The position numbers were made by a program, and so were the translations under genes. A stretch of DNA of 64,000 nucleotides from a virus. Positions 8,083 through 17,374 of the stretch are shown here, one piece after another; the stretch's first letter is position 1, and every line of letters begins with the position of its first letter. The stretch is from positions 31,022-95,021 of the IMG/VR virus record IMGVR_UViG_3300050821_003995; one strand, 5' to 3'. The notes below the pieces were generated by a model that worked only from the letters and a program-made list of their open reading frames with translations, made no database searches and had not been told where the DNA came from.

Positions 8083-8952
8083 ATGAAACTACAAGAGCGT
8101 GCACTTCTAACTTCCTTACATCTTGGTTCCTGGGGCGGTCAAGCAGTTGATCGCCAAGTAACTGAAGAAGTGGGCGAGTCCCACGGCGCTGATCCAAAAG
8201 ATTCAGGGAAGTATAATAAACAGCTAATCTCACGCAAAGCTTTGCGTGAAGTTCTTGGCAAAGTGAATGTGTGCCGCCAAACCCACAAAATACTCTCATT
8301 GCCTTGGGATGACAGTGCGCGTATTCTCAGCGCCCAAGGGTACAATCACTACACGCAACAGATGCGACTTCATCGGTTGGCGGTTGAGGCGGCAGCCAAG
8401 AAGCTAAGTGAAACGTTCCCTGAGCATGTCAAGGAAGCCAAAGTGCGTCTTGGAACCATGTTTAATAGCGGTGACTACCCGGACGCGGCTGAGATGATCA
8501 AGCGTTACTACGTTGACGTTGAGATCAAACCAATCCCCGAAGCAGCCGATTTCAGAACGAAGTTGGCTGATGGCACAATCAAAGCCCTTGCGAAAGACAT
8601 TGAGCGGCGCACCAACGACCGTATCAAGGCCGCTGTGGAAGACGTATTCAAACGTGTGGCCGACGTGACCGGCAAGATGGCCGAGCGGCTGAGCAACTAC
8701 GAGCCCAAGGGTGAGGAAGGGGCCAGCAATACGTTCCGTGACTCGCTAGTCTATAATTGTGTGGAGCTTGCTGACCTACTTCCTAGCCTCAACATTACCG
8801 ATGACCCACGTTTGGCCGATCTTGCCAAGCGTCTGAAGACCGACCTTGGGGCACACAGCCCTGAAGTGTTGCGCACCGACGCCAAGCTGCGCAAGACTAC
8901 AGCCCTGGCCGCTGAAAAACTCGCAAAAAGGGTTGGCCAGTACCTCGCCTGA
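8083..8952 (+). CDS. DUF3150-like protein
   Basis: SLPWDD..RIL, RLGTMFNSGDYP, FRDSLV, LNITDDPRL motifs; upstream of AAA/VWA pair. Confidence 0.7.
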   Translation: MKLQERALLTSLHLGSWGGQAVDRQVTEEVGESHGADPKDSGKYNKQLISRKALREVLGKVNVCRQTHKILSLPWDDSARILSAQGYNHYTQQMRLHRLAVEAAAKKLSETFPEHVKEAKVRLGTMFNSGDYPDAAEMIKRYYVDVEIKPIPEAADFRTKLADGTIKALAKDIERRTNDRIKAAVEDVFKRVADVTGKMAERLSNYEPKGEEGASNTFRDSLVYNCVELADLLPSLNITDDPRLADLAKRLKTDLGAHSPEVLRTDAKLRKTTALAAEKLAKRVGQYLA

Positions 8953-8985
8953 AATGCTAGACTACTCAAACCAAAGGAGAGACCC

Positions 8986-9303
8986 GTGAAAGTCAAATGG
9001 AAAAAGCTGTGGATCAAGGCGCTGCTCAGTGGCAAATACAAGCAGACACATCAAAACTTGCATGACACCGATGGTTACTGCTGCCTTGGTGTGCTGTGTC
9101 GTGTTGTCAGCCCTAACACCAAATGGGAAGATGATATCCAAAACGACGGAAATTACACCTTCAAAGGTGAAGGCTTGATGCCCCCACGTGACCTGTTGAA
9201 GGACATAGGATTGTCCTACCAATCGGCCAAGGCACTAGCGCGCATGAACGACAACGGCAAGTCGTTTGAGCAGATTGCCAAGCGCATCAAAGCCAAATAC
9301 TGA
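8986..9303 (+). CDS. Hypothetical phage protein (WIKALLSGKYKQ...CCLGVLC family)
   Basis: Recurrent phage motif CCLGVLC...NDNGKSFEQIA. Confidence 0.75.
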   Translation: MKVKWKKLWIKALLSGKYKQTHQNLHDTDGYCCLGVLCRVVSPNTKWEDDIQNDGNYTFKGEGLMPPRDLLKDIGLSYQSAKALARMNDNGKSFEQIAKRIKAKY

Positions 9304-9331
9304 AACCCCACACACTAAGGAGTGAGCCATC

Positions 9332-10351
9332 ATGGCTAAGGACCTAGCTGACAACAGTGAAAGCATTCGTGGGGCAAAAGAACTTGCTCTGTACTACCGC
9401 AGCAAGAACATACCGGCCTACTTCCATGGTGGGCCGGGCTTGGGTAAGTCAGCCGTCGCCAAGCAAATGGCCAAGGAGCTGAAAATCGGCTTCAAGGACA
9501 TCCGCCTGGGCAGCAAAATTCCGGAAGACCTCAGCGGTATCCCGGTGCCTGATCTTGAGAAGCGCATGGCGGTGTGGCTGAAGGCCGAGTTCTGGCCCAA
9601 CAAAGAGCGTGACGGCGACAAGGGCATCATCATCTTTGACGAACTGAGTGACGCCCCAAAATCGTTGCAGTCATGCGCCTATCAGGTGATCCTTGATCGC
9701 AAGATCAATGATTTTGAATTGGGTGCGGGCTGGTGGCCGATGGCTGCCGGGAACCGGCGTGAGGATCGCGCCGCTGCCGGTACGTTGTCCACCGCGTTGG
9801 CAAACAGGTTTGCCCACATTCACATTCACGCCGACCCCGAAGCCTTCATTGAGTGGGCCAACAACAACGACATTGACCCGCTGGTGCCGGGCTTCATCCG
9901 CTTCAGGCCCAACCTGCTGTACAGCATGGAGGGCGCGGATCTGCTCAGCTTCCCCACGCCGCGTGCATGGGAGCAGGTGGCCAAGTGCGTGGATGCGGAC
10001 CCCAGCATCCGCTTCCGCTTGGTGCGCGGGCTGGTGGGTGATGGCGCGGCCGGTGAGTTCGAGGTCTACATGAAGGGCCTCAACCTGCCGACCATTGAGG
10101 AGATCGTTGCCAACCCCAAGAAGTGCCCCATACCACGCGAACCTTCAAGCAAGTATGCGTTGAGCAGCATGCTGGCTCGCTATGCCAAGCGTGACAACTT
10201 CGCCGCCATTGTGGCCTACGTCCAGCGCAGTGAGTTCGGCCGTGACTTTGAAACCGTCACCGCACTGGATGCCACCAAGCGTGACTCGTCACTGTGCGAC
10301 ACCAAGGCTTGGATCGAGTGGGCCAACAAGAACTCCGACATTCACCTGTGA
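9332..10351 (+). CDS. MoxR-like AAA+ ATPase
   Basis: Walker A GGPGLGKS, Walker B IIIFDE, AAGN, LANRF, TPRAW. Confidence 0.9.
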   Translation: MAKDLADNSESIRGAKELALYYRSKNIPAYFHGGPGLGKSAVAKQMAKELKIGFKDIRLGSKIPEDLSGIPVPDLEKRMAVWLKAEFWPNKERDGDKGIIIFDELSDAPKSLQSCAYQVILDRKINDFELGAGWWPMAAGNRREDRAAAGTLSTALANRFAHIHIHADPEAFIEWANNNDIDPLVPGFIRFRPNLLYSMEGADLLSFPTPRAWEQVAKCVDADPSIRFRLVRGLVGDGAAGEFEVYMKGLNLPTIEEIVANPKKCPIPREPSSKYALSSMLARYAKRDNFAAIVAYVQRSEFGRDFETVTALDATKRDSSLCDTKAWIEWANKNSDIHL

Positions 10352-10513
10352 GGGCAAGATGCTGAAACTCACCAAAGAGGAATGGATTGTATTGCAAAAC
10401 GTGCTGCTCGATCCAACATTCCAAGCACTCATAGGCGCTGAGGAATGGGCATTGACTGAAGATGCCGAAGAAACCTTATGGGGTATCATCCACAAAGCTG
10501 AAAAGGCACAATT

Positions 10514-10858
10514 ATGAAAACGATCACCAAAACCGATCTTGAAGACCTTGCCCTCATCCTGGAGGACATGGTCAAGCGCCTTCCCGACATGAAGCGCGAG
10601 GAACGGATTGACGTGTGTGCACGCATCCGTGCCGTGATCAAACAGGCCACGCTGATTGAGACCACAGTCAAGGAGGAGATCAAGGCCAGCCGCAAGGGCA
10701 AGGAAGGCTATGTCAATGGTGAGACATGGCGGGCCAAGCTCTCACTGGTGCCCACCGTGCGCCTGGATCAAAAGGCGCTGAAGGAGGGCAACCCCAAGGT
10801 TTACGATCAGTACACCAAGGACGGTGAGGATCAGAGAATAACATTCGAACCGCGTTAG
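10514..10858 (+). CDS. Hypothetical protein
   Basis: RLDQKALK..P.VY..Y motif, operon packing. Confidence 0.65.
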   Translation: MKTITKTDLEDLALILEDMVKRLPDMKREERIDVCARIRAVIKQATLIETTVKEEIKASRKGKEGYVNGETWRAKLSLVPTVRLDQKALKEGNPKVYDQYTKDGEDQRITFEPR

Positions 10859-10871
10859 AAGGATAGTTACA

Positions 10872-12122
10872 ATGCCCGACAAGAAAGCACGCGACAGTAT
10901 AATAAGAGCGAGAACGCAACTTATCGTGCGTGAACCTTTTTTCGGCACTCTATGCCTGCAACTCAACTTAGTTGAGAGCCCAGTGGGCACCATGGCCGTG
11001 GACGGGATCAACCTTTACTACGACCCCAAATTTGTTCACGAATGCAATGAGGAGGAGTTGGTTGGTGTTATTGCTCATGAAACCTTGCATTGCTGCTACA
11101 GTCACTTTTCGCGTAGGGGCCATCGTGACCCTACCAAATTCAATATAGCCGGAGATTTTAGGATCAACGATGACCTAAAACACGTACCATTCACACTCCC
11201 CTACAAACCGGCCACGTTGAAAGAGTTAATGTCCATGCCGCCTGGGCAGCACTTTCATCTGTACGACCCGCAGTTTGCCAGCATGAATACCGAGGAGATC
11301 TATGAAAAGATACCCGATCCGCCCAAGCAGCCGAGTGGTGGCGGGGGTGCCGGGAAGGTCATTGACGTGGGCGGGTGCGGTGCCGTGCTGGATGCGGGCA
11401 GCGGCCCCGGTGACCCTGACGGTGACCCGCAGGGCAATGGCGGGCAGGGCAAGCTTAGCCCCGCTCAGGTGGCGCATGAGTGGCAAGCCAATGTACGCAT
11501 GGCGGTAAGCGTTGCACGTGCCAACAATGCCGGGCAAACCCCCGGCTACCTGTCGCGCCTTGAAGTGCAACTGAAGAAGCCCAAGGTGTCATGGCGTGAT
11601 CTAACCGCCCAATTCATAGATCAATCCATGACGGTGGATTACAGCTACCGGCGCCCGAACCGCCGCTATGCGGGGTTGGGGATGATCATGCCGGGGGTGA
11701 TCCCCGACGCCCTGCACAAGCTGGTGGCGTTTGTGGACGATTCAGGCAGCATTAGTCATGAGATGATGAACGCCTTCCTCAGTGAAGTTGCGGGGGCGCT
11801 GGATCAAGGTACCTGTGACAACCTGATTGTGGCCTACGCGGACACCCAGGTGCATCACGTGGATGAGTACGTGCAAGGCGACGTGATCAAGTGCAATGCA
11901 CGCGATGGGGGTGTCACCGACTTTGATAACAGCTTCGAATGGCTGGCCAAAGAGCACCCCGACGCCGCCTGTGTGGTTTATCTAACCGACATGTGTACCA
12001 ACAGCTTTGGCAAGGACCCCGGTTGTCCAGTTCTTTGGGGTGCCTTCACAACGGAGGATATGCTGCGTCAGTATGTTCCGTCGTTTGGTCAAGTACTGCA
12101 CATTGAAAGCCCACACTACTAA
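10872..12122 (+). CDS. DUF2201-type metallopeptidase + VWA domain protein
   Basis: TMAVDG, HETLH (HExxH), VDDSGSI MIDAS, YLTD. Confidence 0.85.
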   Translation: MPDKKARDSIIRARTQLIVREPFFGTLCLQLNLVESPVGTMAVDGINLYYDPKFVHECNEEELVGVIAHETLHCCYSHFSRRGHRDPTKFNIAGDFRINDDLKHVPFTLPYKPATLKELMSMPPGQHFHLYDPQFASMNTEEIYEKIPDPPKQPSGGGGAGKVIDVGGCGAVLDAGSGPGDPDGDPQGNGGQGKLSPAQVAHEWQANVRMAVSVARANNAGQTPGYLSRLEVQLKKPKVSWRDLTAQFIDQSMTVDYSYRRPNRRYAGLGMIMPGVIPDALHKLVAFVDDSGSISHEMMNAFLSEVAGALDQGTCDNLIVAYADTQVHHVDEYVQGDVIKCNARDGGVTDFDNSFEWLAKEHPDAACVVYLTDMCTNSFGKDPGCPVLWGAFTTEDMLRQYVPSFGQVLHIESPHY

Positions 12123-12133
12123 GGAGAAAGATT

Positions 12134-12517
12134 ATGGCTACCGTGTATCTTGTTACCCTGCACGTCAACGACAAAGACTTGCCGGTTGTACTTGGTGCAA
12201 TATCTGGAAGTGCCAAGCTGGTGAGTGTCACACCCACCGAAGAAGCCAAGGCTGAGAAGCCAAGGAACCAGCACTACGTAGATAACAGGCGTAACAAGGG
12301 CATCAGAGGTGAAGACCTCATCCTAAATACCTTGCAAAAGGAAGCACGGGCTTTTACCGTCAAAGAAATTGAAAGCCGGTTTGTTGAGAACCGATTCTCA
12401 GTCAACAGCGTATCTCCAGCTCTCAACCGGCTGGTTACTGCCGACAAGATCAGGAAGGTGGGCACCGGGTCCTACTGCCTGAAGGGCACTGTTCTGAAGT
12501 TTGGTGCCGGCTCCTAA
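12134..12517 (+). CDS. Winged-helix DNA-binding protein
   Basis: SVSPALNRLV..KIRKVGTGSY wHTH-like C-terminus. Confidence 0.6.
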   Translation: MATVYLVTLHVNDKDLPVVLGAISGSAKLVSVTPTEEAKAEKPRNQHYVDNRRNKGIRGEDLILNTLQKEARAFTVKEIESRFVENRFSVNSVSPALNRLVTADKIRKVGTGSYCLKGTVLKFGAGS

Positions 12518-12535
12518 ACTGTAGAAAATACCTCC

Positions 12536-12564
12536 TTGACAGCCCTTTCCACTCCACTTATATC
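12536..12564 (+). promoter_or_regulatory. Sigma70-like promoter
   Basis: TTGACA-N17-TATATC; similar to 16302 promoter. Confidence 0.5.
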
Positions 12565-12607
12565 AAAACGAGTGGTGCTGATAGGGGCCAACCCCAGGTG
12601 ATGTTCC

Positions 12608-13201
12608 ATGATGCACCCCAGTGACGACCTGCCGCTTGACCCATCCCCGGATGAAGGGATACCTGATTTCTTGCGGCGTAAAGAGGAAGTGAAACCAGAA
12701 GTACCTGTAACCCCTAGCAAGAAAGTTGAGGTAACCCCCATGCGTACCGATGATGAAGCGGCCGACGCCACTGAAACTGAGGCCCCGGCCAAGCCCGCAA
12801 AGGCCCCCAAGGCCAGCAAGCCCCGCAAACCGGCTGCAAAGGCTGCTGGTAAGGGCAACGGCAAAGCCCCGGTGAAGGCCAAGGGTAAGGCCCTGGCCAA
12901 GGCAGCGGCCCCTGCAAAGCCCGCAAAGGCCAAGGCCAAAACCGCCAAGGCTGAGCGGGTACGTGACCCGGCTAAGCTGGACGCCTTTGGCTTCCGCAAG
13001 GAAAGCATCAAGTCCAAGGCTGCGGCCATGTACGCCAAGGGCAAAGGTGCGACGCTGGCTGAGGTCAAGGAGGAACTGGGCTCCGTCCAGTTCAACCTGC
13101 TCACGGAGCTTCAGGGCAAAGGCCACAAGGTGGACAAGTCCGAAGTCAAGTCCGCCAGCGGCCGGATGATCACCCGCTACAAGCTCCACGGCAAGGACTA
13201 A
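12608..13201 (+). CDS. Lys/Ala/Pro-rich (histone H1-like) protein with C-terminal wHTH
   Basis: PAKPAKA repeats; C-terminal domain similar to that of 28251-28994. Confidence 0.75.
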   Translation: MMHPSDDLPLDPSPDEGIPDFLRRKEEVKPEVPVTPSKKVEVTPMRTDDEAADATETEAPAKPAKAPKASKPRKPAAKAAGKGNGKAPVKAKGKALAKAAAPAKPAKAKAKTAKAERVRDPAKLDAFGFRKESIKSKAAAMYAKGKGATLAEVKEELGSVQFNLLTELQGKGHKVDKSEVKSASGRMITRYKLHGKD

Positions 13202-13227
13202 GCTTTGTGGCGTTGCGTTGCGTAATG

Positions 13228-13258
13228 GGGGTCGGGGCCTAGCTCCCCGGCCCCTTTT
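13228..13258 (+). terminator. Rho-independent terminator
   Basis: GGGGTCGGGG/CCCCGGCCCC stem + TTTT. Confidence 0.7.
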
Positions 13259-13267
13259 CATATCTCA

Positions 13268-13918
13268 ATGGAGGACTGCATGTTACGAAACCGTGGCAAC
13301 GAACTGCACAAAGTCAATCTGGAGCGTGGTGACCACAACAAAAACCCTTACCCCAAGGGGTTTGAGAAGGTCACCGTGCCGGCCGGCAAGAGTGGTGAGT
13401 GGGAAGTTACGAAACTTGACTTGACCGACAAAGACCTTGGGCTATTCAATCTGCGTCTCATCCGTGACGGCTTTTGGCACCGTGTTGTCCCGCCCGGCTC
13501 CTACACCCGATTAACCTGTGGGCACACCGTGGTCATGACCGACACACCGGCTGAGGCTCACGAACACAGGAGGCTGATTGACATGGCTGAGGGTAGGGTC
13601 CTACTGAATGGCCTGGGCCTGGGCTTCGCGCTGCACAACATCCTGCGCAAGAAGGAAGTCGAACACGTCACGGTGATTGAGAAATCACCCGATGTCCTCA
13701 AGCTAGTTGCTCGTTACTTTCGAGGGCCACGTGTTGAGATCATTCATGCCGATGCCCTTGAGTGGCGGCCAAAGAAAGGCCAAGGCTTCAACGTCGTTTG
13801 GCATGATATTTGGAACGACATCAGTGAAGACAACAAGGAGCAGATGACCAAGCTGAAGCGTGCCTATGCCCGTCGTTGCGGCTGGCAAGCCTGCTGGTCG
13901 GCTGAGTACATGCCATGA
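13268..13918 (+). CDS. Spermidine-synthase-like SAM-dependent methyltransferase
   Basis: VLLNGLGLG, VTVIEKS, IIHADA, WHDIW. Confidence 0.75.
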   Translation: MEDCMLRNRGNELHKVNLERGDHNKNPYPKGFEKVTVPAGKSGEWEVTKLDLTDKDLGLFNLRLIRDGFWHRVVPPGSYTRLTCGHTVVMTDTPAEAHEHRRLIDMAEGRVLLNGLGLGFALHNILRKKEVEHVTVIEKSPDVLKLVARYFRGPRVEIIHADALEWRPKKGQGFNVVWHDIWNDISEDNKEQMTKLKRAYARRCGWQACWSAEYMP

Positions 13919-14157
13919 CCGAACGCCCACTCAACTTCGCCACCGCCCAAGAACGGCAAGACTGGATCATCCAAAACGCCGATCATTTCGTCACCTGCCG
14001 ACGAATAGGCGGTCATCTACTCAGGCAGGAACACAAAACTCTGGAGCTAGCCCGTGACTTCGCCAAGGGGCTGCTCATCCAAAACGCCAGCAAACCCGTC
14101 CTCATCTACGCGGTGAAGGATACTTCCGACACCTACGTTGAAATGGTGAAGCCATGA
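13915..14157 (+). CDS. Hypothetical protein
   Basis: ATGA overlaps. Confidence 0.6.
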   Translation: MTERPLNFATAQERQDWIIQNADHFVTCRRIGGHLLRQEHKTLELARDFAKGLLIQNASKPVLIYAVKDTSDTYVEMVKP

Positions 14158-14426
14158 AGAAAATTCTGATAATTAGCTTAGTGCTGGTGACTGGCTTGGA
14201 CCTGTTCCTAGTCACCCAAGTTCGGATAGCACACACGGCGGTTGCCAGTGCCCTGGTGACAATTAAACGTCAGAATGAGGCGCTAGCCAACTCAAACGCT
14301 GCAATGAAAGATCTAATGGAGGCGGATGACAAACTCAAGCACGCTGACCAAGAGCTACAAACAGCCTGCAAAAATACCCTAAGCCTGTTGAACACGTGTG
14401 TATCTTCACGCACGAAGAAACAGTAA
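14154..14426 (+). CDS. Membrane-anchored coiled-coil protein
   Basis: N-terminal hydrophobic helix + heptad pattern. Confidence 0.6.
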   Translation: MKKILIISLVLVTGLDLFLVTQVRIAHTAVASALVTIKRQNEALANSNAAMKDLMEADDKLKHADQELQTACKNTLSLLNTCVSSRTKKQ

Positions 14427-14435
14427 GGAGCGACC

Positions 14436-14654
14436 ATGAAAGCCGACGACAAAGTAATCACGAAACTGCAACTGCAAAGCCGCAAGCATGAGGGTGAGCC
14501 GTGGGGCACCCTCAACACGGTTCTCATCCAGCACATGCCCGGCGACACTGAAGCCAGGGCCATGAAGAAGGCTCATGCGGAAGTTGACAGCATGCGAAGC
14601 CGGTGGATCGAAAACTACGACCGCACGCTTCAGTTCCGCGTGGTTGAGTTGTAA
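14436..14654 (+). CDS. Hypothetical protein
   Basis: TAAGGAG RBS. Confidence 0.65.
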   Translation: MKADDKVITKLQLQSRKHEGEPWGTLNTVLIQHMPGDTEARAMKKAHAEVDSMRSRWIENYDRTLQFRVVEL

Positions 14655-14696
14655 ATTCCTGTAGCCTCATCTGCCAACCTGTATTATGTTGCCGGG

Positions 14697-14848
14697 TTGA
14701 AGGAGGGTACACTCCTGCCCCAGCCGCAGAGACAACGGGGGAGCGTGCGCAACCAGAGCTACTTGGCCCTTTTGATCGCTTTCCGGCCACCATGATCGCT
14801 CTGGCCAATAGCAAGCCGCGACAAGGCGCTGTTCTGGTCCTCCTTCAA
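14697..14848 (+). ncRNA. Candidate ~150 nt sRNA, 6S-like long bulged hairpin
   Basis: Closing stem TTGAAGGAGG 14697-706 / CCTCCTTCAA 14839-848; inner 14753-59/14798-804 and 14764-68/14785-89; TATTAT at 14682-87. Confidence 0.45.
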
Positions 14849-14936
14849 TTAGTAGTGCATTGCCAGTGAAGCGGCGCAAGTCTCAGCCCGGTGGGGGCCT
14901 TAAACCCTCACCGGGCACCAACATAAAGGAAAGCTG

Positions 14937-15431
14937 ATGGTCAAACATACCGATCCTTTCTATATTGCAATTGCCCGCACCATTGAAAGGTACGACCGGC
15001 AGGTGCTTGCCATTGCACCTGAGAAAAAAGCTTTGGGCTTCTACTATACCATTGGCAACTCGCTGAAAGACTTGCCTGAATTACTCTTGATCGGCAACTT
15101 TGAGCCAAAAGCCGCCACATCGGTTCTCAACAAACTGTCCGACAAAATGGTGGAAGCCGGCAGGCGCTTCCTCAACGGTGAACGGGTGCCCATGGGTGGT
15201 GAGTATGATCCTCAAGTGTGGGATACCACCGCCATTGCCCAAACCATGTTCACCTTGCAGGTAACTGAGTTCTTTCAGTCAAAAGAATACACGGTGCAGC
15301 AGGTGGTGTTGCCTGACCCAAAGGGCCGGTACCCCACTGACAAGCGCTGCCACAAGCGCTACCGGGTGCCGGTGCTGCGCCCCACCGTTGACCTGATGGC
15401 TGAGGCCATGCAATCAACACAGGTTCACTAG
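14937..15431 (+). CDS. DUF4262-like protein
   Basis: FYYTIGN...LPELLLIG...QVVLPD..GRYP. Confidence 0.75.
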   Translation: MVKHTDPFYIAIARTIERYDRQVLAIAPEKKALGFYYTIGNSLKDLPELLLIGNFEPKAATSVLNKLSDKMVEAGRRFLNGERVPMGGEYDPQVWDTTAIAQTMFTLQVTEFFQSKEYTVQQVVLPDPKGRYPTDKRCHKRYRVPVLRPTVDLMAEAMQSTQVH

Positions 15432-15533
15432 GCCCCCGCGTGGGGCCAAGCCGCAAGGCCAAACCCCCTGAGCGCAACCCCTTCCCCCCGCTCTCAGGCG
15501 ACTTCTTGTGGCTTATTTTCTTTCAGGTGCAAC

Positions 15534-15881
15534 ATGCGACGCAAGTACGCCCTTGACCAGTTGCGCTCCATGCTGGTGGGGAAACGCTGGTGTGATTTCA
15601 AAAAGCCGAAGGCTTACAAATCACATCGGTTCCTTTCGGTGAAAAATGTCTATTTCACCCTGGTGCTAACCAAATTTATGCTGCGCCCCGCGCTGAGGAT
15701 TAAGGCTGATGGGCAATTTGTGGTGCTTCAATTTATACCCAAATCTTTGCTTGAAGAATACAAAACTGATTTTAACCTTACGGAAAGATGGAATATGTAC
15801 ACCGGATATGTGTTAACTGATGACACTTGGAACAAGATGGAAGCCAATGAGCCAGTGGAAGCAGCACAAAACGTCGCTTGA
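15534..15881 (+). CDS. Hypothetical, LRxMLxGxxW family
   Basis: YALDQLRSMLVGKRWCDF. Confidence 0.7.
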   Translation: MRRKYALDQLRSMLVGKRWCDFKKPKAYKSHRFLSVKNVYFTLVLTKFMLRPALRIKADGQFVVLQFIPKSLLEEYKTDFNLTERWNMYTGYVLTDDTWNKMEANEPVEAAQNVA

Positions 15882-16305
15882 GGAATACCAAGCGCGGCAG
15901 CTTGACCGGTGGATCAACAAGGTCAGCCCCAGGAACTACCCACCCACCTTTGAGGAGCTACGTGATATGCTCAAAGGCTTGCGATGGAACTTTTTCAACA
16001 ATAACCAGACCGTCAGCATAGGGCGCTTCAAGTTCCGTGGTGGTATTGGTATTCACCTGGGTAGGGCAACAGCAGCGGTTGCTTCTCATGCACGTTTTCT
16101 GGCCCTCAAGCCGGTGCCCCCCCCCGGTGTTGTGCAACAAATAGACGCAGCGAAGGCAGGCGGCTTGGCTATGCTAATTGTTGGTATCTATGGTAATATA
16201 AGGATATTAACCCCCACCAACGTCCACAAAAGTGGGATTGCCCTAACAGCCCTGCGCGGCAGTGAAATGTGGAACGAACTGATCATACCAGATAGCGGTA
16301 TTTGA
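15847..16305 (+). CDS. Hypothetical, LRxMLxGxxW family
   Basis: TFEELRDMLKGLRWNFF. Confidence 0.7.
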   Translation: MSQWKQHKTSLEEYQARQLDRWINKVSPRNYPPTFEELRDMLKGLRWNFFNNNQTVSIGRFKFRGGIGIHLGRATAAVASHARFLALKPVPPPGVVQQIDAAKAGGLAMLIVGIYGNIRILTPTNVHKSGIALTALRGSEMWNELIIPDSGI

Positions 16306-16330
16306 CAGGCCCCAAACCACAGGCTTATAA
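16302..16330 (+). promoter_or_regulatory. Sigma70-like promoter
   Basis: TTGACA-N17-TTATAA. Confidence 0.6.
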
Positions 16331-16336
16331 AAAGGT

Positions 16337-16897
16337 GCCCCGGTCTGGTGCGACCCAGCCGGGGCTGATCCTGATGGTGATCCTTGGCGGGAAATCAGGA
16401 CCGGTAGCAGTGAGACGCCCTATATAGGCAAAACTCACCCTGCCGTCAATAGTTCCGCCAGCCCGGCTTTTAGCCGACTGAGCCGATCACCCACCCCCAA
16501 GATCGCGTGTAAGGATGCGCCGGGCATTCCCTAATAACCCGGAACCAAAGCGGGCTACCGTGACCCATAGGACCCGCGACCATACGGTGCCGGGCAATAC
16601 CCGGAACGGCCGGGGGCCGTGTTCTTGCGTCAATCAAGGTGGCACCTTGACCCGCAAGCGCGGTGAGAGCGCCGAAAAAAGCTCTCAGGTAACAGCGTGA
16701 GGACAACACGCTGTGCCGGGGTTCTTACCCTGGCAAAGGGAACCTAGTATTCGGACCTGGAATTGGTATGTTCTAGGTCTCTGTCTAGCCAACAGCTCCA
16801 GTAAGGGCAAGCCAAACGGGCGCGGCCCATACCGGAGGGAGAAAGGGTAGAACTTTGCCTGTATGCCTGGATTAGACCCTAGAACTGGACCTAGATC
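16337..16897 (+). ncRNA. Candidate structured RNA 3 / long structured leader (~550 nt hairpin array)
   Basis: Stems 16337-43/16359-65, 16369-75/16394-400, 16624-29/16653-58 with 16634-40/16644-50, 16664-70/16681-87, 16692-99/16707-14 and others. Confidence 0.5.
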
Positions 16898-17374
16898 ATG
16901 GATCAAGAACCAGATCAAGAAATTTCCAAGGACAATTCTAGTGCGCGAACTGCCTCAAAAGCCAAGTCAAGATCAATTGAGGCACTTCGTGCCCTGCTTC
17001 GTGGTGTCCATTGGGGTCAGTTCGTCAGCAAGGATCAATCTACCCGCAAGCGGGTTCGCCGTGGTGGGGTTTTGTTCAGCGCACGCTACGGCTATTTCAT
17101 GAAGATGACCGGCGTTGGGGTGATGGCAGATGACATAATGATCCGCTTCATCCCCTGCTACTGTCCGATGCGCGGGTTGGATGATCCAACGGACAATAAA
17201 GTGCTCCTGTCAGGTGGTGGTTATTACTTGGTGAAAGCCGATATGACTTTTGTGTCCAAGAAGGGCCGGCGCCGTGATCGGCAGTTCTACCGCTGCATGA
17301 TATGCTTGTCCAAGGACACGGTTGGGGAACCGGCGCTGTATGCCGAGCGCAACGTGATGGGGCCAATAGCATGA
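16898..17374 (+). CDS. Hypothetical, LRxMLxGxxW family
   Basis: SIEALRALLRGVHWGQF...FSARYGYF..TGVGV..IRFIPCYCP. Confidence 0.7.
   Translation: MDQEPDQEISKDNSSARTASKAKSRSIEALRALLRGVHWGQFVSKDQSTRKRVRRGGVLFSARYGYFMKMTGVGVMADDIMIRFIPCYCPMRGLDDPTDNKVLLSGGGYYLVKADMTFVSKKGRRRDRQFYRCMICLSKDTVGEPALYAERNVMGPIA

Noticed and set aside
8083-12122. DUF3150 / MoxR AAA / DUF2201-VWA module as a novel system
   Set aside because: Recurrent module in phages and integrative elements; function unclear but not new here
14886-14920. tRNA or tmRNA 3' end (hairpin + ACCA)
   Set aside because: No T-loop GTTCRA, D arm or anticodon arm; no cloverleaf could be built
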